A DNA stretch of 64,000 nt from an uncultured Nitrososphaerota archaeon (GTDB lineage: Archaea; Thermoproteota; Nitrososphaeria; Nitrososphaerales; Gagatemarchaeaceae): contig OY969807.1 in the NCBI GenBank assembly GCA_963703285.1, positions 928,001 through 992,000 of the forward strand. The letters run 5' to 3'. A program made the translations under genes and the position numbers. Below the pieces are notes generated by a model, which saw nothing but the letters and a program-made list of their open reading frames with translations, did not search any database and was not told the DNA's origin. Positions 47,925 through 57,616 of the stretch are shown piece after piece. Each line of letters opens with the position of its first letter. The first letter of the stretch is position 1.

Positions 47925-48712
47925 TGTGTATCACCCTTTGGAGGAAGATAGATGACCTGCGGAAGTGTACCATATTCTTCATTCAGTCTGTAAGCGCCCC
48001 GCTTCTCTATCATACCGCTCAGAGAGACAGCGACCTGTCCGTTGCTTATCACGTCCTGTGCTGCGTCTCCGAACCAGAGAGCGCTCATTCCTGCCGCGCT
48101 GCATGCGGCCACACACGCAGGGACGTCGCCTTCCGTGACCCTGTGTCTGCACCAAATACATTTTTCAGCTACACCCTTTCTGTGTGGGACGTTAGTGTCG
48201 GGCGAGTAGACAACGTTAGCTTCGTCCGGAGTCACGGGTGGGTCGAACCAGTTGAAGAACCTCCTTTCGTAGGGACAGGCTACAAGACAGTACCTACAGC
48301 CGACGCATCTGTCTTGGTCAATCAGCACGATATGGTCGTCACTGTAGAAGGTGGCTCCAACCGGGCAGACCTTGGCGCATGGGGCGTCTTGACAGTTCTG
48401 ACAAGGCACAGGCATGAATACACCACCGCCGACGTCGAAGACCTGAATCCATGCCTGTCTGCCATCATACTGCATTTCGCCATCCCACGCCGGTGGCACG
48501 TCCATTTCAGCCTGACAAGCTTCGGTACACTTGCTGCAACCATCACAGTTGTTAAGGTCTATGACAAAGACGTACTGCTTGCTCGCGTCTGAAGAGCTTT
48601 CGGAGACCGCTGCACTTGCTTTCGGGAGGAGACTACCGGACGCAGCGCAAAGCGTCAGACCTGCAGCGGCCGCCGAGGCACCGACCAAGAATTTCCTCCT
48701 TTCTGGATCCAA
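47921..48712 (-). CDS. Tat-exported multi-[4Fe-4S] protein (NrfC/DmsB-like)
   Basis: ERRKFL signal; CDGCSKCTEAC, CQNCQDAPCAKVCP, CVGCRYCLVACP, KCIWC..PACVAAC. Confidence 0.92.
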   Translation of the reverse strand: MDPERRKFLVGASAAAAGLTLCAASGSLLPKASAAVSESSSDASKQYVFVIDLNNCDGCSKCTEACQAEMDVPPAWDGEMQYDGRQAWIQVFDVGGGVFMPVPCQNCQDAPCAKVCPVGATFYSDDHIVLIDQDRCVGCRYCLVACPYERRFFNWFDPPVTPDEANVVYSPDTNVPHRKGVAEKCIWCRHRVTEGDVPACVAACSAAGMSALWFGDAAQDVISNGQVAVSLSGMIEKRGAYRLNEEYGTLPQVIYLPPKGDTQ

Positions 48713-48739
48713 GATCGAAAACCCGTTTGGATCGATGCA

Positions 48740-50272
48740 TCAAGCTCCTTGCTTGGTAGTCCCTCTGCGCAAAGCCATGAACGACGTGCCAATGGCAATG
48801 ATGGCTATGAGCGCGGCAATTGCACCAACAATCAGACCTGTTGTGTCAGTTGTGTCGGACGATGTTGTTGTCTGAGCAACGGTCGTCGTCACGAGCACAA
48901 ATGTTGTTGTCTGGGCTACGGTCGCTGTCTGAGTTATGGTTGTTGTCTGAGGTACGGTCGCTGTCTGAGTTATGGTTGTTGTCTGAGGTACGGTCGCTGT
49001 CTGAGTTATGGTTGTTGTCTGAGGTACGGTCGCTGTCTGAGTTATGGTTGTTGTCTGGGCTACGGTCGTTGTTGTTACGCTACTGATGGTAATCACTGTG
49101 CCGGAAATCGGAACTTTCACAGTCGAGTCCATCACGTTTCCGCCCACTGAGGTACTATTTGCATTGATTATGTCGATGCCGTAGTACTCGTTGTGGAAGC
49201 TGTTGTCAGTAATCAGTGAATTCACCACCGCAACAGACTTCAAGGTGGATTCTCCGCCCACGATTATTCCACTTAGCGTTGGAGCGGAGCCGTCATTGCT
49301 GAGCACATTCCCGCTGATGATCTCATCCTTGTTTACGGCTCCAGCCGCATTCGCATGCAGAATGATGCCGCCCTCCCCTGTGTTGACGACTGTATTCGAG
49401 AGGACACTACTGCCTGATACTTGTGTATTGGCGTCATCAGCCGCTACAACTATGCCCGCAATATCGTCTACTACCATGTTGTTGCTGATTATGGTGTTCG
49501 ATACTCCCTCGCCCGGGTCATAGGCAGAAAGGACGATGGAGCAGGCGCCGGTGTTGTCTATGTCCGAGTTGCCGGTGATGATGTTACCATTAGCTGGATT
49601 TGGAGTCCCGGTTGGAATGCCCGCGCTAGGTATTGCAGTACTGTTCCAGGAGGGGTCAACTGCCCCATCGTCGTCGACGCCTATTCCTCCGGCGTAATTT
49701 CCTATCACGGTGTTGTCAGCTACCGTGGAGTTCGAGGTGCCTGTCAGCTCGATCGCCTTATTTTCGTCAATCGTAGAAAGGGGAGTCACACCATTGCCAG
49801 TAACTACATTGTCTTGGATTGCTACACCAGAGCTATCCTGTACATAGACGCCATGGTTGTTTGCGTTCTCAACCGTAAGGCCTTGAATTACCGACCCGGC
49901 TGCCGTAGAACCGAATATGGCAATCCCATTAGGCTGACCAGCCGCGTTGATGATTGTATTTGATGGCTCTGAGCTTTGAGATTCGAGCGCAAGTTTCTTC
50001 GAAATCGTCACCATCTCGTTGTATGCGCCAGGAAGGACAATGATGGTAGCACCAGTAGGTGCGACCGAGACCGCGTGAGAAATTGTCGCGTAGGGGCTAG
50101 CGAGGGTACCCGTCCCACTTGTATTGCTGCCCGTCGTGCTTACGTACAGTACAGTTGCCGCAGCACTTGCGGGCCGGACAAGAAGAACGCCGGCCGAAAA
50201 AGCAAAGAGGAGAATTAAGCATACTACTACGGGCATTGTTGTGCGTATATGCGGCTTCACGTTCTGGTGCAT
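48740..50272 (-). CDS. Surface right-handed parallel beta-helix protein (NosD/pectin-lyase-like) with Thr-rich stalk and C-terminal anchor
   Basis: Signal peptide; YVSTTGSN..G....PYATISHAV, PGAYNE; Asn/Gly beta-helix repeats. Confidence 0.85.
   Translation of the reverse strand: MHQNVKPHIRTTMPVVVCLILLFAFSAGVLLVRPASAAATVLYVSTTGSNTSGTGTLASPYATISHAVSVAPTGATIIVLPGAYNEMVTISKKLALESQSSEPSNTIINAAGQPNGIAIFGSTAAGSVIQGLTVENANNHGVYVQDSSGVAIQDNVVTGNGVTPLSTIDENKAIELTGTSNSTVADNTVIGNYAGGIGVDDDGAVDPSWNSTAIPSAGIPTGTPNPANGNIITGNSDIDNTGACSIVLSAYDPGEGVSNTIISNNMVVDDIAGIVVAADDANTQVSGSSVLSNTVVNTGEGGIILHANAAGAVNKDEIISGNVLSNDGSAPTLSGIIVGGESTLKSVAVVNSLITDNSFHNEYYGIDIINANSTSVGGNVMDSTVKVPISGTVITISSVTTTTVAQTTTITQTATVPQTTTITQTATVPQTTTITQTATVPQTTTITQTATVAQTTTFVLVTTTVAQTTTSSDTTDTTGLIVGAIAALIAIIAIGTSFMALRRGTTKQGA
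48904..49075. repeat. 36-bp tandem repeat (about 4.5 copies) encoding TTTITQTATV(P/A)Q
   Basis: Seen directly in the sequence. Confidence 0.9.
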
Positions 50273-50553
50273 GGAAACGCATGCGGAACGTGCACTAAAA
50301 ACCTCATCCGTTTAGATGCGTACTTTCGCACAAAATTGTATGCAGACCCGCGCATTCCGAGTTGCAAACAACCCAAGGTAACTTCGAACTTACCCATCCT
50401 TTGAAAGTCAACCAACCTAGGGACAATCTCTGTACGTTTAATGGCGTTCTCGTGCGAGAAATCATGTGTTTAGGCGTTGGTTGGTGTAATTTCTTCACTC
50501 GATTGAACCACTCGATTGAACTGAAGACGGAGCCTCCGATGACAGCGAGGTGG

Positions 50554-51228
50554 CTAGGATAACCTTCTCTTGGAGGCCCTCACCATAATCGTGCCTATGT
50601 TTATGTCGTGGTTCGTCACCGTATACCCGTAACCATTGAGAATAGACTGTAGGAAGACGAATGAGCACTCGGTAGACTCTATCCTTCTTCCGGCCCCAAC
50701 GATCCCAATCTCTACGGAGTCATCTTTTTGGGACTGAGATATCTTGAACTGCTTTATGGGCAGGAGCGCAGTGAAATCTGTTGCGAGAGCCGCGAGTTCG
50801 CTGAGGTCCTTGGCGCCAAATTTGAGGACTCCAACCAACTCGCTCCCCAGGTCGCTAAACATCTTGAGGAGGCCTTCCTTATCCGATGCGTACTCCCTCG
50901 CAATCAGCCTGTCCACGAAATCTGACGGAAGGGTAATGATGTCTGTCTGCTTCAGCAGGGCGATGGAGCGCCAGAACTTATAAAGGTCTGAAGGCTCTCC
51001 CCCCTCTGCGGTTATCTTCGCCATCGCAGATAGTGACTCGTTCGCGAACGCGAACAAGGTCTTGTCCTTTCGCTTCGCTTGAGCGGAGAACTCTTCGAAG
51101 ACGGCTTGATCCACCGAGAGATTAACCCGCGCCACGAACCCCTTGTGTCGCGAAACCGTGGATTTATCGATATCCTCGCCAGTAGTTCCGGGTTCACCTT
51201 CCGATATTTGCCCGGCAACTTCGGTCAT
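50554..51228 (-). CDS. Hypothetical protein with a putative ribbon-helix-helix; paralog of 42105-42692
   Basis: ARVNLSVDQAVFEEFSAQAKR; high similarity to the paralog. Confidence 0.75.
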   Translation of the reverse strand: MTEVAGQISEGEPGTTGEDIDKSTVSRHKGFVARVNLSVDQAVFEEFSAQAKRKDKTLFAFANESLSAMAKITAEGGEPSDLYKFWRSIALLKQTDIITLPSDFVDRLIAREYASDKEGLLKMFSDLGSELVGVLKFGAKDLSELAALATDFTALLPIKQFKISQSQKDDSVEIGIVGAGRRIESTECSFVFLQSILNGYGYTVTNHDINIGTIMVRASKRRLS

Positions 51229-52073
51229 CTCAGAAGCTCCTCCGCCGTGACACGTTCAGACTCTCTCGGACGGACTACCACGCCATTAACCAGACACTGA
51301 GCCACGGACGCCATGCGTCCGAAGGATAACTCGTCGTCTGCAACGATGCACCCACCGCTTCTACCAATCTTGAAGGCACTCACGGAACAGAGGGAGGTCC
51401 AATCTCCTCTTCCGCTGCAGCATCCGAATTCGATGGCGGCCAGAGGGCAATCCGTAAGAGAAGGATGTACAGTTGGGCCGCTGAGACAGTGCGACTCTTT
51501 CGCGCTCCGACCTTCGGGTTCAGGCATTGCGACCTTGACTAGCGTTCTCCGCAATACGTGTATCCGTACTTTTGCCCGCATTTGTTCGCAGATGCGAGCA
51601 CCCACCTCCGCGTAAGCTGATAAGCGCTCACTTGGGAATAGTCCCGTGCTCCTGTTCATTCTTCTTAGTACAGGACAACAATTCTACGGGCAAGATTCAG
51701 AACGAACCCTGTTCTGCGGGAATGCGGTTCGACTTCCGGTCATTCATGGCATTTCCAATGTGAATCATCAGTAGATAGGGGTTGACGCCTTCGGCGGGGC
51801 TTCCCTCGGGGCACACCGGGCTACCTTGGAGCGAATTGCACGAGTCGGCGGCAGACCCGAGAGTTGGGCCCAACTCGCTTGCGAGCTTCAGCGTGACTGG
51901 GCTTAGAAACGAAGTCAGGGTGACTGAATACGCCAATGCCAGTCCTTGGACTCCTCGGCCTTGAGAACGGGGCGTAGCTCCCAAGCTTCGATTTCCTTCG
52001 GACCCGCTGCCGACAGGAGCCAGAGTCATCGCGGCGCTACGCTTCTCACCGTTGAGAATCATGTCAATGCATA

Positions 52074-52406
52074 TTGGTTCCGCAGACAGCAATCGCAATC
52101 GCGAAAAACACCAGGACGAGGTATATGTGCATCCGGAGGGCTTCGAGCTCCAGAGTACCGGAGGACAGGGAGGCCATAGTCAGGCGAGCCATAACGGTCA
52201 CTCAGGGAGGGCAGGAGGCCCTGAAGGCAGGCAGGCTGAAAGGGTGGGGAATCAGCCCCGACGGCAGGAAGGGATACGTAGTCTTCGGAGGAAGCGAGAC
52301 TGACCTCGCCAGGATAGCCTTTAGGGGAGTACCACTCTTCGAGTCGGAGATTTACCCGATCATGACGGCGAATCAATGGATGGAAGCTCTGAAGAGCTCG
52401 GCATAA
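52074..52406 (+). CDS. Small hypothetical protein (DUF3303-like)
   Basis: LKAGRLKGWG..DGRKGYVV..G.E.DL pattern; start uncertain. Confidence 0.5.
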   Translation: MVPQTAIAIAKNTRTRYMCIRRASSSRVPEDREAIVRRAITVTQGGQEALKAGRLKGWGISPDGRKGYVVFGGSETDLARIAFRGVPLFESEIYPIMTANQWMEALKSSA

Positions 52407-52580
52407 GCACTCCAAGAATTGGAATCCGGATTCGAGGGATGCCGGCATCCAGCCGTGATTTTTGGTTAAGTGGTTTTGTTGTCGTTCTTGCCTTGGAAAG
52501 AAGCAAAAGAGGGGGTCGCTGGAGAATCCACTTTCAGAGCCCATCTGGGGGCGAGCCCCCTCGGGCCTGCTCACAGTTGG

Positions 52581-52634
52581 CTGAGCAGGGCACGTCACTT
52601 TAGGTTCAAATCTCCGACCTTGTGGTTCAAATCC
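52581..52634. repeat. Second copy of the dispersed tandem T-loop-like repeat, 40 nt from the tRNA-Glu 3' end
   Basis: 35/40 identity to 35721-35760; overlaps the hairpin CCTGCTCA...TGAGCAGG. Confidence 0.75.
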
Positions 52635-52674
52635 GTTGCAAAAGCGGGAAACTTCGTTGTTGATCGAAAAGGGA

Positions 52675-52765
52675 TGCCCCGGGCGGGATTTGAACCCGCG
52701 CTCATCGACTCGAAAGGCCGACATACTTGACCGGGCTGCACGCACGAGCTCTGTACTACCGGGGC
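52675..52765 (-). tRNA. tRNA-Glu(TTC) with a 15-nt non-canonical intron at position 15/16 (52736-52750)
   Basis: Acceptor GCCCCGG/CCGGGGC, D stem GTAC/GTAT, anticodon arm TCGGC-CTTTCGA-GTCGA, T arm GCGGG-TTCAAAT-CCCGC; relaxed BHB GTAC-AG^A / GTGC-AG^C. Confidence 0.92.
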
Positions 52766-52789
52766 TGGCCACCCCTTCTGGCTCATGAA

Positions 52790-53503
52790 TTAGAGGCTTT
52801 TGGGGCCTTCCAGGTAGCACCACTCGCCGAGGTCTGCTCCAAAGGAGAACGCCGGTAACGACCCTGCCCCGACCCTCAGGACGGAGGACCTCGGCAGATA
52901 GGAATTCTTTGTGGAGCCCGAGGAGATGGTGCGCAACCGGAGGATGAACTCCTGGGCCGGGAGAATCGAACGGTAGTACTGCCGTTTTCCGAACTGAAGG
53001 ATGGAGCACCCGTCGGTCGGGTAGTCTGTCACGCACTCGGCCACCCTCTCGGCGTCCCGTAGGAGCCGGGAGATGGACTCTTTCTCGTCCGGCGTCAGCC
53101 CGCATTCGCCTGACCTTCGCAGCTCCAACCAGAGCCGGAGTCCTTCCATTCTAGGAAAGATTTGTGCCTCGAACCCTCCCGGTACCTCCTTCAGGGCGAG
53201 GTACGGGTTTGTCGGAGCAGGCTCCCTAGGGAAACGGAGGAGGTCGGGAATCGCGGGCGAAAGGACGTCGAGCATGTCGGACGGCGACCACGCCAGACCT
53301 GAGCGAGCGATCGTCGTCACTCCCGAGGCGTCCTCTGCCCTGAGCCGCTCACCTTGGTTACTGACCGAGAACCCTCTCCCGACGAGGCGGGACTCCAAGG
53401 CGTCCATTTGTGCCCTTGTCAGCTTTGGGAGAGGCAGGTAGTACCTGTCGAGCCTCTCAAGGTGTATCTGATGGAGCTCGAATTCTAGCAACGAGCTTAC
53501 CAA
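52790..53503 (-). CDS. Hypothetical protein
   Basis: 237-aa ORF with genome-typical composition. Confidence 0.6.
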   Translation of the reverse strand: MVSSLLEFELHQIHLERLDRYYLPLPKLTRAQMDALESRLVGRGFSVSNQGERLRAEDASGVTTIARSGLAWSPSDMLDVLSPAIPDLLRFPREPAPTNPYLALKEVPGGFEAQIFPRMEGLRLWLELRRSGECGLTPDEKESISRLLRDAERVAECVTDYPTDGCSILQFGKRQYYRSILPAQEFILRLRTISSGSTKNSYLPRSSVLRVGAGSLPAFSFGADLGEWCYLEGPKSL

Positions 53504-53575
53504 CCTGACGCCAGAGATAAAGCATCTTGGGGCATCTCGGAGGCGTAGTCACAGGGAGGGACCGGGAAGCCCATT

Positions 53576-54853
53576 TCAGAGGTTCTGTCGACTCTTCGGG
53601 TGATCGACGGGTGCGTTAACCGTCGGGCGACGAGCCAACTTCGAGGCATCGACTCTGAGGATTACCGTCTTCGTCGGGTTCCCCTTCATTGCTTCATCTG
53701 CCCCGCCTTTCTCCTCGGCGAGAACCAGCGGTCGTTGCTCGGGATTCTCTGGCTTTGGAAGGGAACTTGCGAGCCTTGCCAGCCCCCTGTCGGATAGGTT
53801 GATTCCGACATTCACATCTCTGTCTATCCACGCCTTACATGTCTGGCACCACAGCATCCTCCTGTGCACGGCATCTCCCCTCTCAGGGTCGTGGAGCTTC
53901 TCCCCACACGCCCAGTGCACCGATGAGGACCCCCTGGTTTCAGACTTCGTAAGCGATATTACAGCGACGCCCTTCCACGCTGCCTTGTACTCGATCATCT
54001 GCTTCGCCCTCCTGTGAGGCCACGAGTTTAGTCTGAACCTGTAATCCGGACCCTGCCCATTTCCTTTCCCGTACATCCTCCTGATGTTGGTGATGTCCTC
54101 GAGAGCCAACGCGGCGCCATCCCTCATCGCGGTATCGACCATGAAGTTCGTGGCGGCGTGGAGCAGCTGGTCAGTCCTATGTGTCGCCCTTCTCCAGCAC
54201 CTGCGAGCGAGGTTCCTCCTCACGCGCACATCGTTCCTCCTGAACGAGCTGACGATCTCTCTGGTCGTCCGCCTGATCTTCACGGCCTTGGTCATGTCGA
54301 CCTGCACGATTCCCCCTCGGTTTCCGAACGTCAGGTTCTTCTCGTTCCTGTCCACACCGAAGACGGTCCTGATCGGCACCTCTCCGACCTCCTCCGAATA
54401 GCAGAACGAGAGCGACCCGGGTGTTATCGTGAGACTTCTGAGCTTCTTCGCAGTAATCTTCGTTACGACATACCTGTTGAGCTGGATGTCGAAATACCTT
54501 TCGCGTCTGAGCGGGATGAAGAACCGACCTTTCATCGTGACGAAGAATCCAGAGATGATGCAGATCGTCGGCCTGAGAGGCTTCGGATGCCGTATCTGAG
54601 TTCCTCTGTCATCGCTCTTCTTCCTGCTCTTCACCACCGCGCAGGCCCTGGTAATCGCGGCGACCTTGTAGCAGGATGGAAGCTCGACATCCTTGAGCGA
54701 GCGATAGAATCTCTTCATCCCCTTCCGGTTCTCGATTCCTTTCTCCTTCGCGTAGGCGATTGCGTTGTAAGTGACCGTGAGACATTGGCAAAGGAGATTG
54801 TGCAGCCCGTCCCCTCCGTCATATGACTGCGCGACGCACTTCGTTCCGAGCAA
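53576..54853 (-). mobile_element. tnpB: IS200/IS605-family TnpB (RNA-guided nuclease), no tnpA
   Basis: RuvC I GVDRN, RuvC II LALED, IEYKAAWKG, Zn finger HWACG..CQTC, RuvC III DRDVN..INL. Confidence 0.9.
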
Positions 54854-54982
54854 CGCTCTGGACCGCCCTGGAGTATTTAAGGGCCCATGATAGTCACCCG
54901 ATGGTTAACAGAAAGACAGGTCACCCAGAGACTTGACAGTGCCTTTTCAGATAACCGTTAAATAACAACCGAGCAAGGTATC

Positions 54983-55858
54983 GTGAAAAGGTTCCAATTT
55001 TTGGTCGAGAGAGACCCGACGCTGGTCGAAGAGTTCATGCTGAAGATGAAGGATTATCTGGACAGGACGAGCATCGCGGTAGACCGGGAGCTCGAGCGGT
55101 ACTCCAACTCACGTTTCTTCGGTCCGCTGAGATACGCGCTCGAGGGCGGAAAGCGGATAAGGCCCGTCATCACGCTCCTCGCTGCCGAGAGCGTGGGCTC
55201 CAAGGACGACAGCGTGTTGGACGCCGCCGTTGCGGTCGAGCTCCTCCACGCGGAATCGATAATCCACGACGACATAATAGACCAAGAAGTCTCCAGGAGA
55301 GGAAAGGCGGCCTTCCACGTCAGGTACGGATACAGCTCGTCGCTCCTCACGGCGGACTTCGTATTCGCCATGATCCTCGCCGTGGCCTCGAGATACCAGG
55401 ATAGGCGGGTGGCGCACACGCTGAGCAAGGCCGCGCTGCAGATGTGCGAGGGCGAGTACATGGAGCTGACCATCGACCCAATCACGTACAAGCTGGAGTG
55501 GGAGGAGTACGTTGACATAATCTACAACAAGACGGGAGCTCTGTTCGAGACCGCGACCCAGCTTGGCGGCATCATCGGAGGGGGCACCAACGAGCAGATC
55601 GAGGCGCTCTCGAGCTACGGCAAGTACCTCGGGATCGCCTACCAGGTCCACGACGACCTGCTCGACTGGGGTACCAAGGACAAGGTCACTCTGGCGCTGA
55701 AGCAGGGGAACGAGGAGAGCTCCATTCTATCTGAGCTGAGGTCGCTGACGAGCAACTACTCGAGGAAGGCGATGGAGCAGCTCTCGTTCCTGCCTGACAC
55801 CAAGGCGCGGAGGCTCCTCGGGGAGCTCACCGATTTCTCCGTTCAACGAGAATTCTAG
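54983..55858 (+). CDS. Polyprenyl (geranylgeranyl) diphosphate synthase
   Basis: GGKRIRP, FARM HDDIID..SRRG, KTGALF, SARM DDLLD. Confidence 0.93.
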   Translation: MKRFQFLVERDPTLVEEFMLKMKDYLDRTSIAVDRELERYSNSRFFGPLRYALEGGKRIRPVITLLAAESVGSKDDSVLDAAVAVELLHAESIIHDDIIDQEVSRRGKAAFHVRYGYSSSLLTADFVFAMILAVASRYQDRRVAHTLSKAALQMCEGEYMELTIDPITYKLEWEEYVDIIYNKTGALFETATQLGGIIGGGTNEQIEALSSYGKYLGIAYQVHDDLLDWGTKDKVTLALKQGNEESSILSELRSLTSNYSRKAMEQLSFLPDTKARRLLGELTDFSVQREF

Positions 55859-55915
55859 TCGCCGGGAGGCGTCGACGGCTGCTGTCCCGCGACGGGGTCG
55901 TTTCTCAGTCTGCGT

Positions 55916-57616
55916 CTAGCCCAAGGAGGCGGCGAAATCTTCCAGCTTCTTCCTGTAGATGCTCCTCGGCGGGAACCCGATTCCGGTCAGGTATGTCGAG
56001 AACTTCACCTTCTTCCTCGGGTCGGTCAGACGGTCCTCGATGGCCCGAATCTCCTCGCCAACCACCGCATAGCAGGTCGCGTAGCCCGGGAACATCCCCT
56101 CGTGAGCGGGGAAGAGGTTGTAGTACATGTCCCTGCGCGAGACACCCGTGTGCTCGTGGGCCCACTCGAGGAACTCGAGTAGTCCCTGCTTGCCAGTGTT
56201 GACGCGGACGTCTCCGACGACCCGAAGAAACCTGATCAACCTGTACTTCCGCGTCTCGAACTCGATTTCCATGTTCACTAGGTCGACGCCCCCGTGCTTC
56301 TCCAGCAGGGCGATGTAGTTCTTCTCGGCCCTCGTGAGCGTCTGCTTCCCCTTGAGGGCGAGAGAGGCCTCGAGGAACTCCCGCTCCCTGTTGAACGACA
56401 GCCCCTCTGTGATGGGACCCGAGAGCAGCGTCGGCAGGAGCTCGAGGTCCGATGCCCTCCCGCCGAACCTGAGGGCGCTGTTCGAGTGATTGACGCAATG
56501 GCCGTACTCCTCGTGGACGAGCAGGTTGATGAGCCTGGAGACCGAGTTGGCTGGATTGCGCTTTGGGTCGGTCGTCAAGTAGTAGAGCTGGAAGGGCTTC
56601 TTCGTGAAGGTGTCCATGAACCCCGCCGCGCCTGTCGGTATCATCCCCGTCAGGAACGGCGGAGTCTCGATCACCTTCGTCTTGTAGCGCTTGTTTATCT
56701 TGACGAGCGACTCGTTGGCGAAGGCCTGCATCACCCTCCGGACCGCGTTGGTCGTCCGGAGGAGCTGGACGGGTTTGAGCTGCTCTCGCTCTCCGATCCT
56801 CTTGTCGACGGCCTCCGTCGTAGGGGCGCACCCATAGTGCTTTGCCAGCCTGTTGAGCGCGCTCCTGTACATGGGTAGCTCCTCCTCGATCCAGGCGAGC
56901 GCCCTGCGCTCGAGCTCGTCCGGGGTCTCGGAGTAGTCCAACCCAGCCTCGAGCGCGAGCCTGTAGAACTTCTCTCTGCCCAGGTCGAACCTGTACTTCT
57001 TGAACACCTGCTCGACCTCCTCGAAGGTCCCCTTCCCGAACCCGTTGAGCTGGAAGAGGTCTGCGAACCTCTTGGCCTTCTCGATCAGGCGGTCACACTC
57101 CTTCTTGAGCGCCTTGCTCTTGGTCTCACTCTTCACGGATTCGAGTATCTCTATGACACCGTCGAGGCGATAGAGGGTGAGCGCCCTGACCGCCATGGGT
57201 ACCTTTGCCGACCTGAACCTCTTCTGGGAAGCGTCGATTGCCTTGGACGCGTCGCTCAGCAGCGACGAGATGTGCTTCTCGTTGAGACCTTCCTTGGTGA
57301 GGTGGGCGAAGATGGCTCCGACGACCTCGTCCAGGACCGGCTGAGGCTCCGGGAAGAGCAGAGTGACCTCGATGCTATCGAGGACCTTGGCTTGGACATC
57401 GTTCTCCGTCCTCCGCCTGAGCGACCTCACGCTCTCGAGCGCGGCCTTGATGTTCTGGTCGCTCGGGATGAAGAGCTTTCCTGCATATTCGTCCCAACCC
57501 AGCGTGTACGCCCCGGACGGGCTGAGTTCCTTCCACAGAGTCACAATCTCGTTGTCGAGAGATTTTTGCATTCTATTCGGCCACTTCGACGGGCTTGAAC
57601 CGTTCGACCGTCTCAT
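55916..57616 (-). CDS. DUF885-like putative zinc metallopeptidase
   Basis: HEEYGH, EGL, PGYATCYAVVG. Confidence 0.7.
   Translation of the reverse strand: MRRSNGSSPSKWPNRMQKSLDNEIVTLWKELSPSGAYTLGWDEYAGKLFIPSDQNIKAALESVRSLRRRTENDVQAKVLDSIEVTLLFPEPQPVLDEVVGAIFAHLTKEGLNEKHISSLLSDASKAIDASQKRFRSAKVPMAVRALTLYRLDGVIEILESVKSETKSKALKKECDRLIEKAKRFADLFQLNGFGKGTFEEVEQVFKKYRFDLGREKFYRLALEAGLDYSETPDELERRALAWIEEELPMYRSALNRLAKHYGCAPTTEAVDKRIGEREQLKPVQLLRTTNAVRRVMQAFANESLVKINKRYKTKVIETPPFLTGMIPTGAAGFMDTFTKKPFQLYYLTTDPKRNPANSVSRLINLLVHEEYGHCVNHSNSALRFGGRASDLELLPTLLSGPITEGLSFNREREFLEASLALKGKQTLTRAEKNYIALLEKHGGVDLVNMEIEFETRKYRLIRFLRVVGDVRVNTGKQGLLEFLEWAHEHTGVSRRDMYYNLFPAHEGMFPGYATCYAVVGEEIRAIEDRLTDPRKKVKFSTYLTGIGFPPRSIYRKKLEDFAASLG

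Noticed and set aside
48904-49075. CRISPR array
   Set aside because: The 36-bp units are contiguous with no unique spacers and encode an in-frame Thr-rich stalk; no cas genes
51225-52070. Possible integrase remnant near tRNA-Glu (MHPPLLPILK resembles an integrase segment)
   Set aside because: No R-HxxR-Y catalytic pattern was recognisable; it needs a translated search
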